NCBI RefSeq assembly: GCF_030384885.1
Contig: NZ_CP128615.1
Length of the DNA stretch: 64,000 nucleotides
Direction: 5' to 3' (one strand)
Source of the DNA: Escherichia coli
GTDB lineage: Bacteria; Pseudomonadota; Gammaproteobacteria; Enterobacterales; Enterobacteriaceae
The position numbers and the translations under genes are program-made. Shown here piece by piece: positions 19,501-29,081 of this stretch. The first letter of the stretch is position 1. The number at the start of each line of letters is the position of its first letter. The notes under the pieces were generated by a model. The model was not told the DNA's origin and did no database searches. It was given only the letters and a program-made list of their open reading frames with translations.

Positions 19501-20231
19501 CGGATATCTAGCGGGAAATTGTTTTCAACCTGTTCAACCCACGCTTTGGCAGACTCTAATGATTGCTCACTGGCATGAGCGAGTGCTTCTGAAAGTTCGT
19601 CTCGATAGAAGTCATAGGCGTCACGCTCCTTTTCCCAAGTTGATTGAGTCAACTCAGCAAATTTGTCCTTGAAAGACATGTATTGATTACGCTTATCAAG
19701 CTCGCGTTCTAAATGCGCAATGTGAGGAAAATCAGCGCAGTATCCTACACGCTCATTAAAGACTTTGAGGAAGACCTTAAGAATGGCATTTTCTCGGTCA
19801 TCCGTATTGGCTCGTGAATCGATGTTAAAAAGAATAACATCAGTGTCTTTGGTAACAGCGTTTTGGATATCGGCCAACAGCATGGCATCGTTGATTTTGT
19901 CTTTAAAAAACTCAAATGCTTGACGGCCTTGGCCATCCTTTTCGACAGACTTATTTTCGAGGAGGTAAGACAAAATTTTCAGGAAGTGAGACTTACCCGA
20001 ACCAAAGAAGCCAGAGATCCACACACCAATTTTTCCTGACATTGATGCGCCACTTTGCGTCACAGATGGAACGTAAGCCTCAAAGAAAGCGCGAAAATGT
20101 CGATCTAGCTCTCGGGTTACAACATACTCATCAAGTTCGACATACACACTGTCATTGTCTTTCTGTTCCGCTTTAACAACGCCGTTAATATCACGCGTCA
20201 ACTTCTTGGAAAAAATCTGTTCAATTTTCAT
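16554..20231 (-). CDS. brxC: BREX BrxC (large P-loop ATPase)
   Basis: 1225-aa ORF; Walker A GFFGSGKSH; position downstream of brxB. Confidence 0.9.
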   Translation of the reverse strand: MKIEQIFSKKLTRDINGVVKAEQKDNDSVYVELDEYVVTRELDRHFRAFFEAYVPSVTQSGASMSGKIGVWISGFFGSGKSHFLKILSYLLENKSVEKDGQGRQAFEFFKDKINDAMLLADIQNAVTKDTDVILFNIDSRANTDDRENAILKVFLKVFNERVGYCADFPHIAHLERELDKRNQYMSFKDKFAELTQSTWEKERDAYDFYRDELSEALAHASEQSLESAKAWVEQVENNFPLDIRNFCKWVNEYLDRTGDRNLLFLVDEVGQFIGKNTQMMLKLQTITEDLGTYCGGRAWVVVTSQADIDAAIGGMDKRDGEDFSKIQGRFSTRLQLSSSNTSEVIQKRLLSKTEEARTHLIDVFAEKGDILRNQLTFDKTTTASLKGYTDAPSFVDNYPFVPYHYTLVQKVFESIRTKGATGKHLAMGERSLLDAFQSAAKQMKDSGLDVLIPFYSFYAPIESFLEPAVKRTIDQACELDSLTEFDGKILKTLFLIRYVDVVKSTLDNLVTLSIDRIDADKIALRKQIEESLNRLERQLLIARNGDEFIFLTNEEKEIENEIRHTDVEMSEVSNKLSAIVFDGILKGNRAYRYPINKQDFAVSRFCNGHPKDGTTLEDLVIKVISPLDSHFENYSHDQACINHTLEADGCVLVKLGEHKRLWDDLTTFIKTDRFLKQNSGQRPEQEHLLREKQMENIEREKRLRTDFEALFAEADVYAIGTKLPKKSATPSAIVEEAYKYVIENTFAKLNMLKATPGEVLRELQAVLVADDIAQIGLDLQADECNPEATREVEQYVTLKVERNEPVYLRDIVAHFGKRPYGWPDNEILLLTARLGLAGKLSFSTQGTDLALKKAYEPFTSVRKRGEIRVHKIRQHDERQIKKAAGLVKEIFSKTFTGSGEKELYELVRDELLAWNEELKSFRTKSQTGHFPGKSQIDDGLALVAGILEQTSSFALITRFLENADALEEFAEDFEDLDDFYNSQFQTWQALAGALNEKFKANRPALEKDSEALKALTELERIYNMPSPYEQLRHINPLIEQVAKINSTLVEEKRTHALERVDLRIGRVKEALAEAHAPSELQNQALRPLQMCRQRIEATSSIPQIISEQTEAEGYEDEAYELLNGFIEDQRKKAEAEQRRRELEQQTREEEAAKAGKAAPAPEPASEPVQPQPVAKRTVTINSTDAMAKSVTTGFIESEAEVDAYLAALREQLIAAVKAGDRVRIK

Positions 20232-20249
20232 TCGGGAGGCTCCCTGCTC

Positions 20250-20843
20250 TTAATTTTTTTTACCGTCTTCAGGCACAAGCTTGAAGGCGCGATAGTAGTT
20301 TTTAGATTCGATCATGCCGAAAGGATGCAAATCCCTTCCGCTATATTCACCCGGATAGAAAAGCACTAATGGCGTGCTACCCATAACGTCTTGCAGAGCA
20401 CTAAGTAACTCATGTCCTCGGATAAGAGGCCACGCACTGCCTAAGCCTGACAGCAACACAAACTCAAGTTCTGATGGCTTATATTTGTCCGCGATATACC
20501 TTGCCACTTTCTCTTGGCTCAGAGGCCCGGCTAGTGTTTTTCGAAGGCCATCAACACCGACTTGCAATTCACGCTGGCAAGCTCGGTCGAAAAGGCCTCG
20601 CTCCTCAAGCATATCTATCAAGACTTCAAAAATATTGAGATGGACAAAGCGGTAACCACGCTTGTTGAGTTTTTCGTCAACGTGCTTAATGTGCTCTCGT
20701 ACAAGCAGTTCATACTTGGCTGGATAGTCAAATACCCAAAATCCAATTTCATTGCCCAAGCCATCGTTTTTCAAAAACTTAGGGCTTTCAATTCGTTCCA
20801 GTATCAGATCAAGCCTGGTCTGAAGAGCCTTCATATTGTGCAC
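20250..20843 (-). CDS. brxB: BREX BrxB (DUF1788)
   Basis: 197-aa ORF immediately upstream of brxC, overlapping brxA; size and position typical. Confidence 0.8.
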   Translation of the reverse strand: MHNMKALQTRLDLILERIESPKFLKNDGLGNEIGFWVFDYPAKYELLVREHIKHVDEKLNKRGYRFVHLNIFEVLIDMLEERGLFDRACQRELQVGVDGLRKTLAGPLSQEKVARYIADKYKPSELEFVLLSGLGSAWPLIRGHELLSALQDVMGSTPLVLFYPGEYSGRDLHPFGMIESKNYYRAFKLVPEDGKKN

Positions 20844-21430
20844 TCCATTACCTCAATCAAATCTTCCCGGCCCAGACGAACTAACCAGTCTTTAACTTCT
20901 GGCATTAGGTAAACAGGTTGTATTTTCTTTGTCCTGCTATCACTCAGGTAGCCACTATCAACCAGTGCCTTAATTGCGTTGTTACCCATTTTTTTGACAG
21001 TTGAGTCAGAAAAACCGCCAAGCTCAGCATATGCCCGCACTCTCGTGTCATAAAACTCAGACCATGCATCAGCGGTTAAAGAGGGTTTATAGGTGCGACG
21101 AGCTTCGGCTAAGGTAAGTCGCATAAAATAAGCGACAACCGGAGAATGAATGAGTAATGACATCATCAGCATTTGGACATAGGCACGTTCACTCGCGGCT
21201 AAAAGATCAGTCATAAACTCATCACCCAGGCCTTCAATACGCCAACGGATTGTTCTGGCATAACGAATAGCCGTCTGACCGGATTTTTTCTGAAGAACAT
21301 TTTGCTCAACGATCAGCGACTTCCACTCATCTTCTGGAAGTTTTTTCAATAGCGATTCTGCGATTATTCTAGATTCAGTTATCAATAAACTGCCTCCGAT
21401 AAGATCGCCTAAATATTCTTTTATATTCAT
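20831..21430 (-). CDS. brxA: BREX BrxA (DUF1819)
   Basis: 199-aa ORF first structural gene of operon; size and position typical. Confidence 0.8.
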   Translation of the reverse strand: MNIKEYLGDLIGGSLLITESRIIAESLLKKLPEDEWKSLIVEQNVLQKKSGQTAIRYARTIRWRIEGLGDEFMTDLLAASERAYVQMLMMSLLIHSPVVAYFMRLTLAEARRTYKPSLTADAWSEFYDTRVRAYAELGGFSDSTVKKMGNNAIKALVDSGYLSDSRTKKIQPVYLMPEVKDWLVRLGREDLIEVMECTI

Positions 21431-21439
21431 AAATTCATC

Positions 21440-22366
21440 TCACGATTCGCTATATCCAGGAGCGAGTGCAGCATTGTCAACGCCGTATAGTGCTTCTGGA
21501 TTTTTAAGTGCTAAATGGAACTCTCGCCCATTGCTCTTACAATTCTTTGAACAATCGATATTCCATAAACGCAGTAAATATCCAGCGAACGCAGCTCTTA
21601 TCTCTACACGCAACCTATTGTTTTCCATTGCGTAGTCCATCGATACAGCTTCTGGATGTGCTAGTTTTGGATGAGGTATCAGCTCTAGCTCAACGATTCG
21701 GTTCCATTGCTTATCCCACTGAAGAGTCTCAACTTCGTCGTTAACCTCATCCTCTAACAACTCAACTTCACTTATTCTGGTTAAAACAAAATCCCTAAAT
21801 TCTCTAAGCTTTCTATCGAATGCTCGGACATGCCATCTCAAGCCATTGTCAATCAGGGTATGAGGAACTATTTGCCTGCTCCCATGACCACTCGACAATG
21901 AGGTGTACTCAATATTAATCACAGCGCGCTTATGTATGGCTTCACTAATAGCCGCTACAACTTCCAATTTCGGCTTATTGAGATGGAATGGTGCTTCACA
22001 AGCCATAGGTGGCCTGGCCTTGCCAAGAAAGCCATCACCGAACCCTTGGCTTATCGTCGCAAGAGTTCGAACAACGTCATAATCAAACAACGGCTGGAAT
22101 GCGCTCGTCTTCAAGTGCACTCTGCGCTTTTCGTCATACATAACGTTGTTAGGAGCCAACTCTTTGTACCGCGCAAAATCTTGTGTTGCCACAGACGGCG
22201 CTACGCTAAATCGCTCGGTTAAATAACTACGCCCAGCTTCACCTTTAAATAACAAAGTGAAATCAATATGAGCGAGTCGTTCTCTCTGTGCTTGGCTAAG
22301 CTCTTCAAGTCCAGTGTTGTCTTGCACTGTCAGCCTCTCAATCCATCTGGGACAAGCCCTAATCAT
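21440..22366 (-). CDS. brxR: BrxR-type WYL-domain transcriptional regulator
   Basis: 308-aa ORF upstream of brxA; WYL-like core (RWHVRAFDRKLREFRDF); true start may be an internal Met. Confidence 0.75.
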   Translation of the reverse strand: MIRACPRWIERLTVQDNTGLEELSQAQRERLAHIDFTLLFKGEAGRSYLTERFSVAPSVATQDFARYKELAPNNVMYDEKRRVHLKTSAFQPLFDYDVVRTLATISQGFGDGFLGKARPPMACEAPFHLNKPKLEVVAAISEAIHKRAVINIEYTSLSSGHGSRQIVPHTLIDNGLRWHVRAFDRKLREFRDFVLTRISEVELLEDEVNDEVETLQWDKQWNRIVELELIPHPKLAHPEAVSMDYAMENNRLRVEIRAAFAGYLLRLWNIDCSKNCKSNGREFHLALKNPEALYGVDNAALAPGYSES

Positions 22367-22685
22367 TTAAAACTAGGAAGCCATCGATTGAATGCCATCA
22401 AGCAACCTACTTTTTTTCATTAGGTATCATAGTATCAACAAGTCGTCTTGTTGGCTATAAAAATTGGCTTGACGTTGTTCGAATGTTTCTTTTCTGGCCT
22501 TGATAGAAGCTCACGCTGGAATGCCAACTGACGCAATTCATTCTCTCGAACACGCCTAGCAACTTCTGCCTGGGCTGGTAGCTGATCTTGACCCTCCATC
22601 TCCGAACAGCTTTTGTATCTTAAGTTAACGATGTCCGCTGCCGCCGGTATTCCCTCGGGGAGTGATATCCCAGCGCGCTGTGCGG

Positions 22686-22961
22686 GTGGCTTCCATTTCC
22701 ATCAGATGTCCTTCCTGCTCCGCTACTGAAGGCGTGGTGCGTAACGGCAAAAGCACTGCCGGACATCAGCGCTATCTCTGCTCTCACTGCCGTAAAACAT
22801 GGCAACTACAGTTCACTTACACCGCCTCTCAGCCCGGTACGCACCAGAAAATCATTGATATGGCCATGAATGGCGTTGGATGCCGGGCAACCGCCCGCAT
22901 TATGGGCGTTGGCCTCAACACGATTTTACGTCACTTAAAAAACTCAGACCGCAGTCGGTAA
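22686..22961 (+). CDS. insA: IS1 InsA
   Basis: [37 protein letters not shown]...; GTG start; the ORF-track Met at 22662 lies outside IS1. Confidence 0.85.
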   Translation: MASISIRCPSCSATEGVVRNGKSTAGHQRYLCSHCRKTWQLQFTYTASQPGTHQKIIDMAMNGVGCRATARIMGVGLNTILRHLKNSDRSR

Positions 22962-23383
22962 CCTCACGCATACAACCGGGCAGTGACGTCATTGTTTGCG
23001 CGGAAATGGACGAACAGTGGGGTTATGTCGGCGCTAAATCACGCCAGCGCTGGTTGTTTTACGCGTATGACAGGATACGGAGGACGGTTGTGGCGCACGT
23101 ATTCGGTGAACGCACGTTGTCCACGCTGGAGCGTCTTCTGGGCCTGCTGTCGGCCTTTGAGGTCGTGGTATGGATGACGGATGGCTGGCCGCTTTATGAA
23201 TCACGCCTGAAGGGAGAACTGCACGTTATCAGCAAGCGATATAAGCAGCGCATTGAGCGGCATAACCTGAATCTGAGGCAGCATCTGTCAAGGCTGGGCA
23301 GGAAGTCACTGTCGTTCTCAAAATCGGTGGCGCTGCATGACAAAGTCATCGGGCATTATCTGAACATAAAACACTATCAGTAA
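22880..23383 (+). CDS. insB: IS1 InsB (expressed as InsAB fusion by frameshifting)
   Basis: 167-aa [29 protein letters not shown]... Confidence 0.85.
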   Translation: MPGNRPHYGRWPQHDFTSLKKLRPQSVTSRIQPGSDVIVCAEMDEQWGYVGAKSRQRWLFYAYDRIRRTVVAHVFGERTLSTLERLLGLLSAFEVVVWMTDGWPLYESRLKGELHVISKRYKQRIERHNLNLRQHLSRLGRKSLSFSKSVALHDKVIGHYLNIKHYQ

Positions 23384-23590
23384 GTTGGAGTCATTACCTT
23401 CTTTGCCGCCGGACATTGTCCGGCGCAACACCAAACCGGTCTGGCGGGCTGAGCCAATCCCGCAGGCAAATTCAGCCCTTACCGGATGGCTCAGCCCCCT
23501 ACTCATTGGAATTGGATATTCAACTTTCAGGGGCTACTGCGCCAGACTTCAGTCTTTAAAGTGATTGACTTAGCGCCTGGCACACTCAAT

Positions 23591-23902
23591 TTATTTAGGT
23601 AGCGGGCCTAATTGCACCCCATCAGGATAATACTTCCAGCCATCGCGAATTTTGACATTTTCATCCCACGGAAGTTTGTATTCGCCATTGGCAAGATCGC
23701 GCACCCAGGTCAGGTAATTCTCGCGTTCGCCTCCCGGTTTGCCGACATAGCCCCGGCAGCCAAGGTTGAAAATATTGTTTTCCAACGCCCAGTTTTCACG
23801 CGCTTTATCCACCAGGCGCGGGAACAGCTCTGCGGTAACAATTTCCCATGGGTTGCGGTGCCCCTGCTGAATGACGTTACCGTCATAATTGCAGACCGTA
23901 CC
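23591..23902 (-). pseudogene. 3' fragment of an unidentified gene, N-terminally truncated by IS903
   Basis: C-terminal ORF ...[58 protein letters not shown] abuts the IS903 IR at 23903. Confidence 0.4.
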
Positions 23903-24959
23903 GGCTTTGTTGAATAAATCGAACTTTTGCTGAGTTGAAGGATCAGATCACGCATCCTCCCGACAACACAGACCATTCCGTGGCAAAGCAAAAGTTCAGA
24001 ATCACCAACTGGTCCACCTACAACAAAGCTCTCATCAACCGTGGCTCCCTCACTTTCTGGCTGGATGATGGGGCGATTCAGGCCTGGTATGAGTCGGCAA
24101 CGCCTTCATCACGGGGAAGGCCCCAGCGCTATTCTGACCTTGCCATCACGACTGTGCTGGTCATTAAACGCGTATTCAGGCTGACCCTGCGCGCTGCGCA
24201 GGGCTTTATTGATTCCATTTTTACACTGATGAATGTTCCGTTGCGCTGCCCGGATTACAGCTGTGTCAGCAGGCGGGCAAAGTCGGTTAACGTCAGTTTC
24301 AAAACGTTCACCCGGGGTGAAATCGCGCATCTGGTGATTGATTCCACCGGGCTGAAGGTCTTTGGTGAAGGCGAGTGGAAAGTCAAAAAGCATGGCCAGG
24401 AACGCCGTCGTATATGGCGAAAGTTGCATCTGGCAGTTGACAGCAACACACATGAAATCATCTGTGCAGACCTGTCGCTGAACAATGTGACGGACTCAGA
24501 AGCCTTCCCGGGTCTTATCCGGCAGACTCACAGAAAAATCAGGGCAGCATCGGCAGACGGCGCTTACGACACCCGGCTCTGTCACGATGAACTGCGGCGT
24601 AAGAAAATCAGCGCGCTTATCCCTCCCCGAAAAGGTGCGGGTTACTGGCCCGGTGAATATGCAGACCGTAACCGTGCAGTGGCTAATCAGCGAATGACCG
24701 GGAGTAATGCGCGGTGGAAATGGACAACAGATTACAACCGTCGCTCGATAGCGGAAACGGCGATGTACCGGGTAAAACAGCTGTTCGGGGGTTCACTGAC
24801 GCTGCGTGACTACGATGGTCAGGTTGCGGAGGCTATGGCCCTGGTACGAGCGCTGAACAAAATGACGAAAGCAGGTATGCCTGAAAGCGTGCGTATTGCC
24901 TGAAAACACAACCCGCTACGGGGGAGACTTACCCGAAATCTGATTTATTCAACAAAGCC
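23903..24959 (+). mobile_element. IS903-like (IS5 family) copy 1, 1057 bp, intact
   Basis: 18-bp IRs GGCTTTGTTGAATAAATC at both ends; no 9-bp target duplication. Confidence 0.9.
23935..24903 (+). CDS. IS903-like DDE transposase
   Basis: 322-aa ORF ...[28 protein letters not shown]... Confidence 0.9.
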   Translation: MKDQITHPPDNTDHSVAKQKFRITNWSTYNKALINRGSLTFWLDDGAIQAWYESATPSSRGRPQRYSDLAITTVLVIKRVFRLTLRAAQGFIDSIFTLMNVPLRCPDYSCVSRRAKSVNVSFKTFTRGEIAHLVIDSTGLKVFGEGEWKVKKHGQERRRIWRKLHLAVDSNTHEIICADLSLNNVTDSEAFPGLIRQTHRKIRAASADGAYDTRLCHDELRRKKISALIPPRKGAGYWPGEYADRNRAVANQRMTGSNARWKWTTDYNRRSIAETAMYRVKQLFGGSLTLRDYDGQVAEAMALVRALNKMTKAGMPESVRIA

Positions 24960-25112
24960 AGATGGAATAGCCCCGCTCGGTGATTTGGCGGACAGCTTCT
25001 TCCTTAAATTCAGGGGTAAAACGTGGTGTGCCCATAGACTATGACCTGCTCCCCGTTGATTAGTACACCCCGATGTTAGTAATGTCTTCATAAGCCACAT
25101 GAGGACATCCCC

Positions 25113-25376
25113 ATGAAGAAGCGTTTTTCCGACGAACAGATCATCAGTATTCTCCGCGAAGCCGAAGCTGGGGTACCCGCCCGTGAACTCTGCCGCAAGC
25201 ATGCCATTTCCGATGCCACGTTTTACACCTGGCGTAAGAAGTATGGCGGTATGGAGGTGCCTGAAGTTAAGCGCCTGAAGTCGCTTGAGGAAGAGAACGC
25301 CAGACTCAAGAAGCTGCTTGCCGAAGCCATGCTGGATAAAGAGGCGCTTCAGGTGGCTCTTGGGCGAAAGTACTGA
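25113..25376 (+). CDS. IS3-family transposase OrfA
   Basis: 87-aa ORF MKKRFSDEQIISILREAEAGVPARELCRKHAISDATFYTWRKKYGG... Confidence 0.85.
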   Translation: MKKRFSDEQIISILREAEAGVPARELCRKHAISDATFYTWRKKYGGMEVPEVKRLKSLEEENARLKKLLAEAMLDKEALQVALGRKY

Positions 25377-25399
25377 CGACAGACCAGAAGCGGGAAGCC

Positions 25400-25624
25400 G
25401 TGATGCTGATGTGTGATGCGACCGGTCTGTCGCAACGTCGTGCCTGCAGGCTTACAGGTTTGTCCCTGTCGACCTGCCGCTATGAGGCTCACCGTCCGGC
25501 TGCTGATGCGCATTTATCAGGGCGCATCACTGAGCTGGCACTGGAGCGCAGGCGTTTTGGCTACCGTCGTATTTGGCAATTGCTGCGCCGTGAAGGGCTT
25601 CATGTTAATCATAAGCGCGTGTAG
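25400..25624 (+). pseudogene. IS3-family transposase OrfB, N-terminal fragment only
   Basis: 74-aa ORF ending at the truncation point. Confidence 0.7.
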
Positions 25625-25873
25625 TGATGCGGACTACGACGTGCGTTTGGTCCAGGACTGCTGCTACGACCCGGATCGGGATGCCCACGAAGCTCTGTTG
25701 CGTTCCGGGTTCGGCGGACGTGTACAGGTCGTGTAATTTTCGGGCCTCGCATGATCGCGGCCATAGCCGCAGGTGGATTGGTGCGAGGCAGGGCCAGTCC
25801 AAGTCAGGGTGCGGTCATCGCGGCGCCTGCAACTCTCAAAAACCCATCGCCGTAGCGGAGGTCTTGTAATCGC

Positions 25874-26758
25874 ATGTCATTACGCACGCCCGATTTATTG
25901 TTCACAGCGATAGCACCTGCCATTTGGGGCAGCACCTACATTGTCACCACCCAATACCTGCCGAACTTCTCACCGATGACGGTCGCGATGCTGCGGGCGT
26001 TGCCGGCGGGTTTATTGCTCGTGATGATCGTCCGACAGATTCCAACGGGAATCTGGTGGATGCGCATCTTCATCCTCGGCGCACTTAATATTTCGCTATT
26101 CTGGAGCTTGTTGTTTATTTCGGTCTACCGCCTGCCGGGCGGGGTCGCGGCGACGGTAGGCGCTGTGCAGCCGCTGATGGTCGTGTTCATCTCTGCCGCT
26201 CTGCTAGGTAGCCCGATACGATTGATGGCGGTCCTGGGGGCTATTTGCGGAACTGCGGGCGTGGCGCTGTTGGTGTTGACACCAAACGCAGCGCTAGATC
26301 CTGTCGGCGTCGCAGCGGGCCTGGCGGGGGCGGTTTCCATGGCGTTCGGAACCGTGCTGACCCGCAAGTGGCAACCTCCCGTGCCTCTGCTCACCTTTAC
26401 CGCCTGGCAACTGGCGGCCGGAGGACTTCTGCTCGTTCCAGTAGCTTTAGTGTTTGATCCGCCAATCCCGATGCCTACAGGAACCAATGTTCTCGGCCTG
26501 GCGTGGCTCGGCCTGATCGGAGCGGGTTTAACCTACTTCCTTTGGTTCCGGGGGATCTCGCGACTCGAACCTACAGTTGTTTCCTTACTGGGCTTTCTCA
26601 GCCCGGGGACCGCCGTGTTGCTAGGATGGTTGTTCTTGGATCAGACGCTGAGTGCGCTTCAAATCATCGGCGTCCTGCTCGTGATCGGGAGTATCTGGCT
26701 GGGCCAACGTTCCAACCGCACTCCTAGGGCGCGTATAGCTTGCCGGAAGTCGCCTTGA
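25874..26758 (+). CDS. EamA/DMT-family transporter (PecM-like)
   Basis: 294-aa multi-TM ORF adjacent to tetA(A), as in Tn1721. Confidence 0.8.
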   Translation: MSLRTPDLLFTAIAPAIWGSTYIVTTQYLPNFSPMTVAMLRALPAGLLLVMIVRQIPTGIWWMRIFILGALNISLFWSLLFISVYRLPGGVAATVGAVQPLMVVFISAALLGSPIRLMAVLGAICGTAGVALLVLTPNAALDPVGVAAGLAGAVSMAFGTVLTRKWQPPVPLLTFTAWQLAAGGLLLVPVALVFDPPIPMPTGTNVLGLAWLGLIGAGLTYFLWFRGISRLEPTVVSLLGFLSPGTAVLLGWLFLDQTLSALQIIGVLLVIGSIWLGQRSNRTPRARIACRKSP

Positions 26759-26789
26759 CCCGCATGGCATAGGCCTATCGTTTCCACGA

Positions 26790-27989
26790 TCAGCGATCGG
26801 CTCGTTGCCCTGCGCCGCTCCAAAGCCCGCGACGCAGCGCCGGCAGGCAGAGCAAGTAGAGGGCAGCGCCTGCAATCCATGCCCACCCGTTCCACGTTGT
26901 TATAGAAGCCGCATAGATCGCCGTGAAGAGGAGGGGTCCGACGATCGAGGTCAGGCTGGTGAGCGCCGCCAGTGAGCCTTGCAGCTGCCCCTGACGTTCC
27001 TCATCCACCTGCCTGGACAACATTGCTTGCAGCGCCGGCATTCCGATGCCACCCGAAGCAAGCAGGACCATGATCGGGAACGCCATCCATCCCCGTGTCG
27101 CGAAGGCAAGCAGGATGTAGCCTGTGCCGTCGGCAATCATTCCGAGCATGAGTGCCCGCCTTTCGCCGAGCCGGGCGGCTACAGGGCCGGTGATCATTGC
27201 CTGGGCGAGTGAATGCAGAATGCCAAATGCGGCAAGCGAAATGCCGATCGTGGTCGCGTCCCAGTGAAAGCGATCCTCGCCGAAAATGACCCAAAGCGCG
27301 GCCGGCACCTGTCCGACAAGTTGCATGATGAAGAAGACCGCCATCAGGGCGGCGACGACGGTCATGCCCCGGGCCCACCGGAACGAAGCGAGCGGGTTGA
27401 GAGCCTCCCGGCGTAACGGCCGGCGTTCGCCTTTGTGCGACTCCGGCAAAAGGAAACAGCCCGTCAGGAAATTGAGGCCGTTCAAGGCTGCCGCGGCGAA
27501 GAACGGAGCGTGGGGGGAGAAACCGCCCATCAGCCCACCGAGCACAGGTCCCGCGACCATCCCGAACCCGAAACAGGCGCTCATGAAGCCGAAGTGCCGC
27601 GCGCGCTCATCGCCATCAGTGATATCGGCAATATAAGCGCCGGCTACCGCCCCAGTCGCCCCGGTGATGCCGGCCACGATCCGCCCGATATAGAGAACCC
27701 AAAGGAAAGGCGCCGTCGCCATGATGGCGTAGTCGACAGCAGCGCCGGCCAGCGAGACGAGCAAGACCGGCCGCCGCCCGAAACGATCCGACAGCGCGCC
27801 CAGCACAGGTGCGCAGGCAAATTGCATCAACGCATACAGCGCCAGCAGAATGCCATAGTGGGCGGTGACGTCGTTCGAGTGAACCAGATCGCGCAGGAGG
27901 CCCGGCAGCACCGGCATAATCAGGCCGATGCCGACAGCGTCGAGCGCGACAGTGCTCAGAATTACGATCAGGGGTCTGTTGGGTTTCAC
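26790..27989 (-). CDS. tetA: tetracycline efflux MFS transporter TetA(A)
   Basis: 399 aa from GTG start (VKPNRPLIVILSTVALDAVGIGLIMPVLPGLL...); the ORF-track start at 28064 is an upstream extension. Confidence 0.9.
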   Translation of the reverse strand: MKPNRPLIVILSTVALDAVGIGLIMPVLPGLLRDLVHSNDVTAHYGILLALYALMQFACAPVLGALSDRFGRRPVLLVSLAGAAVDYAIMATAPFLWVLYIGRIVAGITGATGAVAGAYIADITDGDERARHFGFMSACFGFGMVAGPVLGGLMGGFSPHAPFFAAAALNGLNFLTGCFLLPESHKGERRPLRREALNPLASFRWARGMTVVAALMAVFFIMQLVGQVPAALWVIFGEDRFHWDATTIGISLAAFGILHSLAQAMITGPVAARLGERRALMLGMIADGTGYILLAFATRGWMAFPIMVLLASGGIGMPALQAMLSRQVDEERQGQLQGSLAALTSLTSIVGPLLFTAIYAASITTWNGWAWIAGAALYLLCLPALRRGLWSGAGQRADR

Positions 27990-28094
27990 GTCTGGCCTCC
28001 GGACCAGCCTCCGCTGGTCCGATTGAACGCGCGGATTCTTTATCACTGATAAGTTGGTGGACATATTATGTTTATCAGTGATAAAGTGTCAAGC

Positions 28095-28745
28095 ATGACA
28101 AAGTTGCAGCCGAATACAGTGATCCGTGCCGCCCTGGACCTGTTGAACGAGGTCGGCGTAGACGGTCTGACGACACGCAAACTGGCGGAACGGTTGGGGG
28201 TTCAGCAGCCGGCGCTTTACTGGCACTTCAGGAACAAGCGGGCGCTGCTCGACGCACTGGCCGAAGCCATGCTGGCGGAGAATCATACGCATTCGGTGCC
28301 GAGAGCCGACGACGACTGGCGCTCATTTCTGATCGGGAATGCCCGCAGCTTCAGGCAGGCGCTGCTCGCCTACCGCGATGGCGCGCGCATCCATGCCGGC
28401 ACGCGACCGGGCGCACCGCAGATGGAAACGGCCGACGCGCAGCTTCGCTTCCTCTGCGAGGCGGGTTTTTCGGCCGGGGACGCCGTCAATGCGCTGATGA
28501 CAATCAGCTACTTCACTGTTGGGGCCGTGCTTGAGGAGCAGGCCGGCGACAGCGATGCCGGCGAGCGCGGCGGCACCGTTGAACAGGCTCCGCTCTCGCC
28601 GCTGTTGCGGGCCGCGATAGACGCCTTCGACGAAGCCGGTCCGGACGCAGCGTTCGAGCAGGGACTCGCGGTGATTGTCGATGGATTGGCGAAAAGGAGG
28701 CTCGTTGTCAGGAACGTTGAAGGACCGAGAAAGGGTGACGATTGA
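28095..28745 (+). CDS. tetR: tetracycline repressor TetR(A)
   Basis: MTKLQPNTVIRAALDLLNEVGVDGLTTRKLAERLGVQQPALYWHF...; divergent from tetA. Confidence 0.9.
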   Translation: MTKLQPNTVIRAALDLLNEVGVDGLTTRKLAERLGVQQPALYWHFRNKRALLDALAEAMLAENHTHSVPRADDDWRSFLIGNARSFRQALLAYRDGARIHAGTRPGAPQMETADAQLRFLCEAGFSAGDAVNALMTISYFTVGAVLEEQAGDSDAGERGGTVEQAPLSPLLRAAIDAFDEAGPDAAFEQGLAVIVDGLAKRRLVVRNVEGPRKGDD

Positions 28746-29043
28746 TCAGGACCGCTGCCGGAGCGCAACCCACTCACTACAGCAGAGCCATGTAGACAAC
28801 ATCCCCTCCCCCTTTCCACCGCGTCAGACGCCCGTAGCAGCCCGCTACGGGCTTTTTCATGCCCTGCCCTAGCGTCCAAGCCTCACGGCCGCGCTCGGCC
28901 TCTCTGGCGGCCTTCTGGCGCTCCTGCTGCGGCGTCCGCTCGTGGGCCGTGGCGCGGGTCCGCGCGCCGGCCTCGTGCGCCTGGCGCTCGCGGGCGAGGT
29001 CCAGGGCGGCCGTCTTCACGTTCTGCCTTGCGCAGATGAGATA

Positions 29044-29081
29044 GGGGAGCCCGCAGAATTCGGAAAAAATCGTACGCTAAG
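29044..29081. repeat. Tn1721 internal 38-bp inverted repeat
   Basis: GGGGAGCCCGCAGAATTCGGAAAAAATCGTACGCTAAG, overlapping tnpA stop. Confidence 0.8.

Larger units (their letters stand above)
22682..23400 (+). mobile_element. IS1 copy lacking about 50 bp of its insA-proximal terminal IR
   Basis: insA and insB present; right IR CACTATCAGTAAGTTGGAGTCATTACC at 23374-23400; left IR replaced by unrelated sequence. Confidence 0.8.
25025..25624 (+). mobile_element. IS3-family (IS407-like) element, 3'-truncated
   Basis: orfA intact, orfB ends after about 74 codons at the junction with the Tn1721-derived segment. Confidence 0.65.

Noticed and set aside
22620-22805. 61-aa minus-strand ORF spanning the IS1 boundary
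   Set aside because: Chimeric: most of it is antisense IS1 sequence; only the last ~20 codons resemble a transposase C-terminus, noted as a remnant in the findings.
24945-25202. 85-aa minus-strand ORF between IS903 copy 1 and the IS3-family fragment
   Set aside because: Antisense to the IS3-family orfA start and spanning the IS junction; no independent support.
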